Positions 1-7,677 of a stretch of DNA of 31,083 bases are shown piece by piece. Within the stretch, counting starts at the first letter, position 1. Every line of letters starts with the position of its first letter. Source of the stretch: Gemmatimonadaceae bacterium (GTDB lineage: Bacteria > Gemmatimonadota > Gemmatimonadetes > Gemmatimonadales > Gemmatimonadaceae); contig JBBDYA010000036.1 in the NCBI GenBank assembly GCA_040902005.1, forward strand, positions 1-31,083, read 5' to 3'. The position numbers and the translations under genes were made by a program. The notes under the pieces are model-generated. The model worked only from the letters and a program-made list of their open reading frames with translations, made no database searches and was not told the origin of the DNA.

Positions 1-171
1 CAACTGCACTCCTCGAGTCTACGACCTAACTGTCTACTTCGAAGGGGAGCTTACCAGTGGACGGCGCCGTGGCGCTCACCCCCCACCCAGCGTTCCATTC
101 TCGACCCGGTGAAACGTATTCCGTTTCATGCGGTGTTGGCACGAATCGAGCATCCCAGAGACTAGGACTGC

Positions 172-228
172 TTGACGCAAGTTATACCTTGGGGTTACGT
201 ATCAGCAGATCAGCGGATATCCTGCTGA
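172..228 (+). promoter_or_regulatory. Putative sigma70 promoter and operator of the XRE/ImmA operon
   Basis: TTGACG at 172-177 and a TACGTA-like -10 at 196-201. These are followed by the tandem CAGCAGAT CAGCGGAT (203-218) and the inverted repeat TCAGCAG(202-208)...CTGCTGA(222-228). Confidence 0.5.
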
Positions 229-262
229 ACAGAGCGGCTCATCTACCCTACTGAGAGCGTGC

Positions 263-589
263 ATGACAGGCGAAGACGCCCAGAGTTTCGGCGACGTAGT
301 TGCTGCAGAGCGAAAGCGGAGAGTATGGAGTCTTCGCGAACTCGCTGACCGCGTTCCCAGCGAGAAGGGAAGCCCGATCTCACCGCAGTACCTCAATGAC
401 ATTGAGCACAATAGGCGCGTTCCTGCGGAACTTGTCATTGAGGGACTCGCAAAGGCGCTCGGGCTCACTAAGGACTACCTCTTTCATTTGGCCGGCAAGT
501 TACCCCCGGACCTAGCGGCCAAGGGCTCATCACCCGCTGTCATTGAGCAGGCTTACAAAGCATTTCGCAAGAATCTCCGGAAGTCGTGA
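263..589 (+). CDS. XRE-family helix-turn-helix transcriptional regulator
   Basis: FGDVVAAERKRRVWSLRELA...ISPQYLNDIEHNRRVP...LAKALG is a typical cro/C1 HTH. The stop overlaps the next gene's start (GTGA). Confidence 0.9.
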   Translation: MTGEDAQSFGDVVAAERKRRVWSLRELADRVPSEKGSPISPQYLNDIEHNRRVPAELVIEGLAKALGLTKDYLFHLAGKLPPDLAAKGSSPAVIEQAYKAFRKNLRKS

Positions 590-1341
590 GGTACGTTCCC
601 GACCTCACGGGGCGATTTCACGAACGCCCTCACTTTCAGCCACCCGAGCTTGACAGCATCTGCGAACGGGCACTCGTGGAGCATCTTGAGCGTCGCAACG
701 CCAAGCTCCAGTACCCCATCTCGACGGACTTGCTGCAGACGCTTATTGAAGCACACGCGGCCAGTTTAGACCTGTATGCAGACTTGTCGGGCGAGGGTGC
801 AAGTATCCAGGGTGTTACGGATTTCTTCCCAGGATTGCGTCCCAGGGTTCGCATTGATGCTGGTCTCGCCAGTGAATCGAATCGCGAAGTAAGACTTCGA
901 ACCACTTTGGCACACGAGTTCGCGCATGTGCACCTGCACGACTCCCTGTTCCAAATGGAGCGCAAGCAGATCGACCTTTTTGCATCCCCGATGTCTCAAC
1001 AGACGGAATCGACTGGCGGACATGCGGAGCAGGCGAGCGCCTTCGCGCGCTGCAAGCGCGAAACGATAGTCGGAGCGCCTCCAACTGACTGGATGGAGTG
1101 GCAGGCGGGCTACGTCTGTGGGGCTTTGTTGATGCCTCGCAGATTGCTCAAGGAAATCGTACACCGACAGCTTCGCGCGTCCAAGCACCTCGAGGCACTG
1201 GAAATCGGTTCCGCACTCGGGCGACAGTTGACCGAGCAAGTCGCCAGCACATTTTTTGTTTCAACCGAAGCCGCGCGCGTGCGGCTAAAGGTTCTCGGTC
1301 TAGCAGTGGATAAGCGCGTCGAGCGATCGCTCTTCGAGTAA
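586..1341 (+). CDS. ImmA/IrrE-family (M78) zinc metallopeptidase
   Basis: RLRTTLAHEFAHVHLH (HExxH) and a downstream EWQAGYVCGALLMP motif. C-terminal VASTFFVSTEAARVRL is HTH-like. Coupled to the XRE gene. Confidence 0.9.
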   Translation: MRYVPDLTGRFHERPHFQPPELDSICERALVEHLERRNAKLQYPISTDLLQTLIEAHAASLDLYADLSGEGASIQGVTDFFPGLRPRVRIDAGLASESNREVRLRTTLAHEFAHVHLHDSLFQMERKQIDLFASPMSQQTESTGGHAEQASAFARCKRETIVGAPPTDWMEWQAGYVCGALLMPRRLLKEIVHRQLRASKHLEALEIGSALGRQLTEQVASTFFVSTEAARVRLKVLGLAVDKRVERSLFE

Positions 1342-1542
1342 GGTCCGCCAGCTTCGTGGCTTGCTAGATCGGCTAGCTGCTCTTTATCAGAGCCGCCACC
1401 AAGCGTTACCGACTCGGGCGGCTTCTTTGTGTGGTCCTGTCTAGATCTGGGATGGGTGTCCACCAGTTCTACGGGCGTTGCGTCCGCCCCTCGCCAAACG
1501 CGGCTCCTGGCTAAGCCAATATAGCACGATGCAAGGCAGCCC

Positions 1543-1598
1543 TTGCGCCCGTGCCCCGAGAATAGTACGCTTATCTGCGTAACGGCGGATCGGCAGAT
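1543..1598 (+). promoter_or_regulatory. Putative promoter and operator of the small-gene cluster
   Basis: TTGCGC(1543-1548)-17 bp-TACGCT(1566-1571), followed by CGGCGGAT CGGCAGAT (1583-1598). This matches the CRGCRGAT tandem upstream of the XRE gene. Confidence 0.45.
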
Positions 1599-1649
1599 TA
1601 CCGGATTCGCAGCCGGAGCTGCACCAATCTTGAACGACAGGAGCTTGCG

Positions 1650-1868
1650 ATGGCCAGACGGTACAGCGGGAACATGAATGGCGAGAAGTATCTCGCTAAC
1701 ACCAGCGCTTCCAAGCGGGAGGTGCACGATCTGGACAACGAGAACACGAATTGCCAGATCGACGAGATCATCCGAGCTGGTCACGACAAGCCGTACACCT
1801 CACTCGGGGCCGCGCAATCCGCCGGCTTCGACAACTGCGCTTACTGCCTCGGCGGCTCGAAGCGCTAA
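1650..1868 (+). CDS. Small hypothetical protein, putative zinc-binding (His/Cys...CxxC, reminiscent of Ada-type metal-binding domain)
   Basis: RBS AGGAG before the ATG. Contains EVH...NC...AAQSAGFDNCAYC. Confidence 0.7.
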   Translation: MARRYSGNMNGEKYLANTSASKREVHDLDNENTNCQIDEIIRAGHDKPYTSLGAAQSAGFDNCAYCLGGSKR

Positions 1869-1881
1869 TAGGAGACAATGC

Positions 1882-2079
1882 ATGAGCGGGAAGAAACTTA
1901 CTCCAGGAAGTAAGGCACCGGCTTCGGCTCAGTACGAGATCGTGGGCCCCCGCGGTGGCCGCACCGGTGCTGAGCGCACGGTGGTGCGTGGCGAGCCGCT
2001 TCCTCCGACGCCAAATAAAGGAGAGACATACCGCATAGCCGACCGCACGAACAACGGCTCTGGAAATCCGAAGCGGTAA
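1882..2079 (+). CDS. YjzC-like small protein (65 aa)
   Basis: RBS GGAG, ATG at 1882. MSGKKLTPGSKAPASAQYEIVGPRGGRTGAERTVVRGEPLPPTP matches the YjzC pattern PG.KAP.S.QY..VGPRGG...G..LPPT. Confidence 0.8.
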   Translation: MSGKKLTPGSKAPASAQYEIVGPRGGRTGAERTVVRGEPLPPTPNKGETYRIADRTNNGSGNPKR

Positions 2080-2161
2080 GCCACAGCGTGCGGGTCACTT
2101 GCGAGTGGCCCGCCGCGCTGTCCGCAGAACGCGCGCCGCTGGCTTACAAACCTGCCGATAG

Positions 2162-2377
2162 ACAGCTCGCCTAACCCCTGTAGCACGCAAGTGGAACGGA
2201 AGGCGTCGAGCACCGTTAATCCGTGCGCGACACGGGGAAGAGAAGGCGAAGAACGCCGTCGGAGTTGGCGTTATCGGCGCCGGCATTGGTGGGCTGATCG
2301 GAGGGCCGGCAGGTGCGTTCATTGGAAGTTTGATCGGAGCCGTGGTAGGCCACGATCTCGACCCTGACGAGGTGTAG
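2162..2377 (+). CDS. Glycine-zipper small membrane protein; start codon not identifiable (possible remnant)
   Basis: Stop-to-stop frame reads ...HGEEKAKNAVGVGVIGAGIGGLIGGPAGAFIGSLIGAVVGHDLDPDEV*. The TAG (2375-2377) directly abuts the next ATG. Absent from the ORF track. Confidence 0.55.
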   Translation, partial: TARLTPVARKWNGRRRAPLIRARHGEEKAKNAVGVGVIGAGIGGLIGGPAGAFIGSLIGAVVGHDLDPDEV

Positions 2378-2647
2378 ATGAAGACTTACATCATTGGCTA
2401 TGACCTCAATCGTCCAGGCCAACAGTACACGGAACTCATCAAGGCAATCGAGGCCTACGGCACCTACTGGCATCACCTCGATTCAACTTGGATCATCAAG
2501 ACGGACGATTCGGCCGCCGGGATTCGCGATAATCTACGTCAGTTTATCGACTCGACCGATGAACTACTAGTGATTCGTCATCAGGGCGATGCCGCCTGGA
2601 GCGGCATCAACGATCGTGGCTCGCAATGGCTTATGGACCATCTCTGA
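2378..2647 (+). CDS. Stand-alone Cas2/VapD-like small protein (often labelled 'SinR family')
   Basis: MKTYIIGYDLNRPGQQYTELIKAIE...WHHLDSTWII...IRDNLRQFIDSTDELLVI. The N-terminal strand ends in YDL, as in Cas2/VapD ferredoxin-fold proteins. Confidence 0.7.
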   Translation: MKTYIIGYDLNRPGQQYTELIKAIEAYGTYWHHLDSTWIIKTDDSAAGIRDNLRQFIDSTDELLVIRHQGDAAWSGINDRGSQWLMDHL

Positions 2648-3059
2648 TTGCGCGCAAGGCGACGTGCGTGGGGTGATCGCTCAGCTTTGTCGCGTTCTAA
2701 CCCGACGCCTAACTCCTGAGGCCTGGCAATCCGGAGTTGGCAATAAGCAGGGCCGGAGCGCCGGCGCCGGCTCGGCGTTCCACGCTCCGCGACCGCACGG
2801 TGAACGTTTCTTCCATTGGTTGGGAGTCACTCGCTCCTGAAGGTGTGAGAGCAACAGCGTATGAAATGCCTCGCGTGCTTCACGGTCGTTGATCGTTCGC
2901 GGCGCCCCCCCAGTCATGGGTTCATTATATGCACCAATTGGCCTCTATTGCAAGTTCGCGCATATAATGAATGCCTTGGATGTTCGTCGCAATGAGGTGC
3001 CTGACGCCTTCGATCCGAGACGGGTCATCAAACTGGCTGGAATGCGCAAGGGAGCGACG

Positions 3060-3082
3060 GTTGTCAAAGTTTTGAGACTACG
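3060..3082 (-). repeat. 23-bp motif copy at the right edge of the accessory segment
   Basis: GTTGTCAAAGTTTTGAGACTACG matches 24471-24493 (GTTGTCTAAGTTTTGATACTACA) at 20/23 positions. Confidence 0.75.
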
Positions 3083-3163
3083 GCCGCCTGAGATCCCCCC
3101 CCCCGTCGCCCCACCTGTCATGCGCCTTCCGGACGCAGCTCGAGTCGCCATCTGGAACGGCGA

Positions 3164-3955
3164 CTACCAGAGCTGCAGCAGCACGAGCCGCAACAGCCCC
3201 CCCGCCACCAGCGCCACCGCCGTACTCGCCAGCGTCCCCACCAGGAAATACTCAGCAAAATCCCGAGACTCCAGGTCCTTGCTCCGGATCAGCCCCTTCG
3301 CCGCGATGATGAACCCCATCGCCGCGTAGCTCCCGCCAGCCACCAACCACGACAGCAGCAGCCGCTCGATCACCCCGATCAGCCGTCCACGGTTGTACTC
3401 CGCCTCATCCACCTGCTGCTGCTGCTGCGCCCGTGGCAGGCTCCCCGCCTTCGTCAGCGTCGCTCTCACCACCTGCGTCCCGCCGCGGATCACGAACAGC
3501 GTGATCGCCGCGCACAGCACCAGCGCCGCCACGCGCCCATCAGAAAGCGGCAGTGACACCGGCGCCACCAATGGTCGCACCGCCACGTTCCCCAGCAGCA
3601 CCGCCGACAGCCCCACATAGGCCGCCGTCGTCCCCAGCTCCAGCTCCGCGCCCCGCGTCTTCCACGCGTCCGCCCCGCGCTCCCGCGCCCACGACAGCAC
3701 CAGCGCCAGCAGCACGCCGGTCAGCGCGATGAGCAGCGCCCGCGCCGGCAGGCGCCCCAGCACGATGACCGGCACCACGATCAGCATCACGATCTTCGGG
3801 ATCGCGTGCCCCAGCCAGTTCGTGTGCGACGGCAACTTGAGGCGCGACCACGTGCTCCACGTGGGCGGCATGTAGTACAGCGAGAACACCCACGCCACCA
3901 GCAGTTGCGCCCACGACAGCAGCGCCGCGCCCGTGACCGGCCACGCGATGGTCAT
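3164..3955 (-). CDS. DUF3307 (SatE-like) multi-pass membrane protein
   Basis: ATG at 3955 in a TGATG overlap. Hydrophobic helices and the C-terminal signature GRLIGVIERLL...AMGFIIAAKGLIR...FAEYFLVGTLAS. Confidence 0.85.
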   Translation of the reverse strand: MTIAWPVTGAALLSWAQLLVAWVFSLYYMPPTWSTWSRLKLPSHTNWLGHAIPKIVMLIVVPVIVLGRLPARALLIALTGVLLALVLSWARERGADAWKTRGAELELGTTAAYVGLSAVLLGNVAVRPLVAPVSLPLSDGRVAALVLCAAITLFVIRGGTQVVRATLTKAGSLPRAQQQQQVDEAEYNRGRLIGVIERLLLSWLVAGGSYAAMGFIIAAKGLIRSKDLESRDFAEYFLVGTLASTAVALVAGGLLRLVLLQLW

Positions 3956-4917
3956 CACGCAAGCTCCCGCTCCACGATCCCGGCGATCTCGTCCGCCCGG
4001 CGCCACTCGTGCTCCAGCAGCGCCAGCTCGCCGTCCATCGCGCGACGCTCCGCGTCCTCGTGCGCCGCGATCTCGATCGCCAGCATCTCGTCGCGCGAGT
4101 AGTGCTTCATCAGACGCGCGCCCCGGCTGGCGGAGCGCGCCACCCGCGCGAACACCTGCGAAGGATGCCCCGCCCCGCGAATCCGCTCCACCGCGTCCCG
4201 GATCTCGGCCCGCGTGCCACCCTCGTAGTTCATCCGGGGCGTGAGGTGCCGCAGCACGTTCACCGCCGCCGGGCCGCTGATCCGCGCCGCGCCGTTCTCG
4301 TGCATCGCGCGCACCTCCCAGTCGCTCTCGCCGCGCGCCGCCAGCTCCACGTGCTCCAGGTGGTCCAGGCGCACCGTGATCTCCGCGTCGCCCGCCCCGC
4401 CGGGCCTGCCGCGGTACACCGCCGGTCCCCCCGACTTCAGCTTCAGCACGCGCCACACCAGCTTCTGTCCCATCGTCCCCGTGGCGATGATCCCCATCAT
4501 GGGAAGCAGCGGCAGGCCGGTCGCTGCGAGGGTTGCAACACACGCCAGAAATACGGTGCCCGCGGTGTTCAGGTGGTGGCGCCGGGCCAGCGACCGCCCG
4601 TAGCGCCACGACGCCAGCTCGGGCCAGGGCGCCCGGCCGATGCGCACCAGCTCCACGCCGGAGTCCAGCCGGGCCAGCCCGATGTTGTCGCTCGTGGCCC
4701 CCCAGCGCGCGTCGCGGAACGTGCGCTCCAGCCCATCCAGCGCCCCGCCCCGCTCGTCGGCGTCCAGCGGCGCCATGTTCCACCGTCGGCACTTGCCGCA
4801 CACCACCCACAGCCGCGCATGCTCGGCGTCGTACGCCAGCCGGCGTCCCACCGGGAACTGCTCCAGCAGGTCGTTCTCCCCCAGGCGCCGGTTGCAGAAG
4901 ATGCACGCGTGCTTCAT
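3955..4917 (-). CDS. Conserved hypothetical protein with two N-terminal CxxC motifs (putative zinc ribbon) and a central hydrophobic segment
   Basis: CIFC...CGKC, host-like codon usage, coupled within the operon. Confidence 0.8.
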   Translation of the reverse strand: MKHACIFCNRRLGENDLLEQFPVGRRLAYDAEHARLWVVCGKCRRWNMAPLDADERGGALDGLERTFRDARWGATSDNIGLARLDSGVELVRIGRAPWPELASWRYGRSLARRHHLNTAGTVFLACVATLAATGLPLLPMMGIIATGTMGQKLVWRVLKLKSGGPAVYRGRPGGAGDAEITVRLDHLEHVELAARGESDWEVRAMHENGAARISGPAAVNVLRHLTPRMNYEGGTRAEIRDAVERIRGAGHPSQVFARVARSASRGARLMKHYSRDEMLAIEIAAHEDAERRAMDGELALLEHEWRRADEIAGIVERELA

Positions 4918-4926
4918 GAGCGTTGG

Positions 4927-5487
4927 TTATGCCGCCGCGCTTGCAGCTGTCGCCCGCGGGTCCAGGTCCACCCAGCGGATGAACTGGTCCCCCGCCCTGG
5001 CATTCGGGTAGAACCGCCGTTGCTGGCGCAGCACCGACGTGCCGTTCCGGCTCCCCTTCTCGTTGGTGTTCCCCTCGATCGTCTCGCAGTCGTACCACGG
5101 GTTTCCCGCGGGCGTGGCCCCACACGCGTGGACGTGCGCGATGAACCCCGTGTGCGCGAAGCGCCGCAGCTCCGGCTTGAAGATCAGGAATACGTCGCCC
5201 ACCATCGCGTGGCTCACCAGCACCCCCTTGCGGCTGGCGAACGAGCCCAGGACGTAGCAGCTCGCGGTCGCGGGCAGCGGCCAGCTGCTCCTGCGTGACG
5301 CGTAGTCGTAGTGGCTCCAGCGGCCCACGTGGTGCACGAACGCCGCGCACCACGGCTGGCCGGCCGGCATCTGCACGCCGCCGAGCATCAACTCGATCAT
5401 GAGGCCGCGGTTGTCTCCTCCTTCCTCGCGCAGCCCGATGAAGGCGGACGCCGTGGCCACGACCAGCGCCGGCGTGAGTGGAATCAT
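4927..5487 (-). CDS. CHAP-domain (cysteine/histidine amidohydrolase) protein
   Basis: Start at 5487 (ATGA overlap with the FecR stop). Motifs PWCAAFV, GDVFLI, AHTGFI and TIEGNTN. Confidence 0.88.
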   Translation of the reverse strand: MIPLTPALVVATASAFIGLREEGGDNRGLMIELMLGGVQMPAGQPWCAAFVHHVGRWSHYDYASRRSSWPLPATASCYVLGSFASRKGVLVSHAMVGDVFLIFKPELRRFAHTGFIAHVHACGATPAGNPWYDCETIEGNTNEKGSRNGTSVLRQQRRFYPNARAGDQFIRWVDLDPRATAASAAA

Positions 5488-6335
5488 GGGCGTGCCTCCC
5501 GGGAGGGTCCCTGGCCCACGCGTACGATGCCGTCGGCCACCCGCGCAACCTCCCCCTGTTCCACCCGGACCACCTGGCGCGCAGGCTCGCCCTCCTCGTC
5601 GAGCGCGTACACCAGCACCGTGCCCCGGTGGACGACGATCTCCGTCGCATCCGGGAACGCCGTGACGGTCGCGTTCGAGTAGAACGGCGTGAGGCGCGCC
5701 GTCGCCGTGCGGATCTCCAGCGGCTCCCCTCCACCGCTGCGGCTGCGCATCTGGTACTCCGCGCGCCCGCGCAGTCGCACCGCGCGGCGTGACCACATCC
5801 CCATGCCGCGCTGGAACGACAGCCTCGAGTCCGGATAGACCGTGACGGTAGTGCTGTCGGGCAGCCGCGCGGTGGTCGTCTCGATCGCCCCGGTCTCGAT
5901 GTGCATCCAGTTGAAGCGCTCGTCAAATGCGTCGCGGCCCACGGGCAGCCCCACGACCAGCAGCAGGATCGCGGCGACGCCGAGCACCCGGCGCCACCGC
6001 TGGGCGCGCGTGCGCTCGCGGACGCGGGCGACGTACGCGGCCAGCTCCGGATCGTCGCGCGACTCCAGTGCCTCCAGGTCGGCGATCCCGGCCCGACGGC
6101 GGAACTCCGGCCACTCGCGCGCCATCTCCGCGTCGGTCAGCGGCGGCGCCTTCCAGGCATCGAGAATCGGCTCCGCCACCGCGCGGAACACCGGGTCGGT
6201 CGCCAGCCGCTTCGACAGCTCGGCGACACGCTCCGCCGGCAGCTCCTCGTTGGCGAGCTGCACGGCGAGGTCGGCCAGGTCGCCGTGTTCGTCCGCCAGC
6301 TCCGGCGGAATCCGATCATCGTTGTTCTTCATCAT
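5484..6335 (-). CDS. FecR-domain anti-sigma factor
   Basis: Cytoplasmic N-terminus, TM segment VLGVAAILLLVVGLPV, then TTARLPDSTTVTVYPDSRL...AVRLRGRAEY...TEIVVHRGTV (FecR domain). Confidence 0.85.
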   Translation of the reverse strand: MMKNNDDRIPPELADEHGDLADLAVQLANEELPAERVAELSKRLATDPVFRAVAEPILDAWKAPPLTDAEMAREWPEFRRRAGIADLEALESRDDPELAAYVARVRERTRAQRWRRVLGVAAILLLVVGLPVGRDAFDERFNWMHIETGAIETTTARLPDSTTVTVYPDSRLSFQRGMGMWSRRAVRLRGRAEYQMRSRSGGGEPLEIRTATARLTPFYSNATVTAFPDATEIVVHRGTVLVYALDEEGEPARQVVRVEQGEVARVADGIVRVGQGPSREARP

Positions 6336-6985
6336 CTGTTTGTTCCCCCACGGAGGCGTCCTCTGGGGAGCGCTCCCGGTACATCGTAGCCTTGGCCCGC
6401 CAGCGATTCCCGCAGCAGTTCCTTCGCCCGCGTCAGGTGCCAGCGCGCGGTATTCACCGTGATCCCCAGCTCCTCCGCGACGGAGGCCATCTCCCAGTCA
6501 CGCTCGCTCGCCAGCCGGTACACCCGCGAGCATGCCTCCGGCATCCGATCCACCGCCCGCGCGATCGACTCCTTCAGCGCACGCTCGTCAGTCGCCAGGT
6601 GCGCCTCCTGCTGGAGCCGCAGGCGGGGGACGATGTCCACCACGTGCGCCGGCTCCGCGATCTCCATCCGCTGCTTATGTCGCAGGTGATCGGCGAGCCG
6701 GCACCGCAGGATCCTCGCGAACAGCCCGTCCACCTTCGTGTCGTCCAGGGTGCCGTTCGAGTAGCAGGCGATCCAGAGGTCGGCGAGCACCTCGTCGGCC
6801 AGCTCCTCCGCCTCGTCCTGTACGTACCCGTACGCCATGCGCACCGCCTTGCGCCGCAGCCTGCGGTACTGCGCCTCGAACCACTCCTCCGCCATCGCGA
6901 GCGTGACGGTGTCTTCCGCCGGGCGCGCGGCTGACGGCGCGGGGGCGGGCGCCTTGGGTTCACGGGAAAGGAAGAGTCGTGGCAT
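6332..6985 (-). CDS. ECF-type RNA polymerase sigma-70 factor
   Basis: Region 2 (FEAQYRRLRRKA...EAEELADEVLADLW) and region 4 (MPEACSRVYRL...VAEELGITVNTARWHLTRAKELLR). Likely start is the ATG at 6985. Confidence 0.9.
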   Translation of the reverse strand: MPRLFLSREPKAPAPAPSAARPAEDTVTLAMAEEWFEAQYRRLRRKAVRMAYGYVQDEAEELADEVLADLWIACYSNGTLDDTKVDGLFARILRCRLADHLRHKQRMEIAEPAHVVDIVPRLRLQQEAHLATDERALKESIARAVDRMPEACSRVYRLASERDWEMASVAEELGITVNTARWHLTRAKELLRESLAGQGYDVPGALPRGRLRGGTNR

Positions 6986-7194
6986 GTGAGGTTTTCTCAG
7001 GTCTTCATATAGCAATTCGCTGGAGAAGGGGGAAATGATGGTCCAGGGTTCGTAAACCCCGCCAGGAGGCCTCGAACTGAACACTGACCATCATTTCCGG
7101 GGTCTCCAGCGAATTGTGTATGTAGAGGGCGAGAAGGACCCGGACCTTCCGGAGGAGGGAAGGCACCGTCCGGGACCTGTAGCCCCCCACCGGC

Positions 7195-7580
7195 GAATAC
7201 GAGCCATCGGCCGACGATTGGGCCACAACCCGCCGGTGATTGGGCGACAGGCGGCTGGCGATCGGGCGACCACCCGTAGGCGATTGCGATGAAGCCGCCG
7301 GTGGATGGGTGACCGCCCGCGGGTCATTGCGATGGCACCGCCAGTGGGTGCGTGACAACCGGTTCGCGGTTGGGTGACAACCGGTTGGCGATTGGATGAC
7401 AACCCGCCGGTGATTGCGATGACGCCGCCGGGGATTGCGATGACGGCGCCGGCGATTGCGATGACGGCGCCGGCGATCGGGTGACCACCCGCCGGTAATT
7501 GCGACGAGGCGGCCGGCGATTGGCTGACTACCCGCCGGCGAATGCGCGACACCGGCCGCCCATTGGGCGCCAACGTTGAC
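7195..7580. repeat. Degenerate tandem array of about 17-18 mixed 21- and 22-bp units
   Basis: Unit starts (GATTG-like) at 7195, 7216, 7238, 7260, 7282, 7303, 7325, 7346, 7368, 7390, 7412, 7433, 7454, 7475, 7497, 7518, 7540 and 7561. Two unit types: GATTGGGTGACAACCCGCCGGY (22) and GATTGCGATGACGGCGCCGGC (21). Confidence 0.9.
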
Positions 7581-7677
7581 CATGGACGTCGGCGCGGTAG
7601 CTGGCCGGACGCGACGGACGCGCGTGCCGGCCGGGAAGCACCAGGCGCGTCCAGGAACCTTCATTAGGAGGAGCACC

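Noticed and set aside
1..170. Possible gene fragment at the window start
   Set aside because: No frame gives a recognisable protein.
2378..2647. CRISPR-Cas locus implied by the Cas2-like gene
   Set aside because: No other cas gene or array in the window.
2169..2742. Integron attC sites (GCCTAAC at about 2169 and 2707) around the small genes
   Set aside because: No matching GTTAGGC core or convincing attC hairpin, and no integrase seen.
3164..5926. 920-aa ORF in the track
   Set aside because: Only the last 263 aa (from 3955) are protein-like. The rest is an off-frame shadow of the FecR, CHAP and Zn-ribbon genes.
7091..7573. 160-aa ORF across the repeat array
   Set aside because: Mixed 21/22-bp units shift the repeat register and there is no RBS. 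It is probably open by chance in GC-rich repeats.
7195..7580. CRISPR or TIGR array interpretation
   Set aside because: There are no identical repeats with unique spacers, the units are only 21-22 bp, and no cas1 or Nop-domain gene is adjacent.
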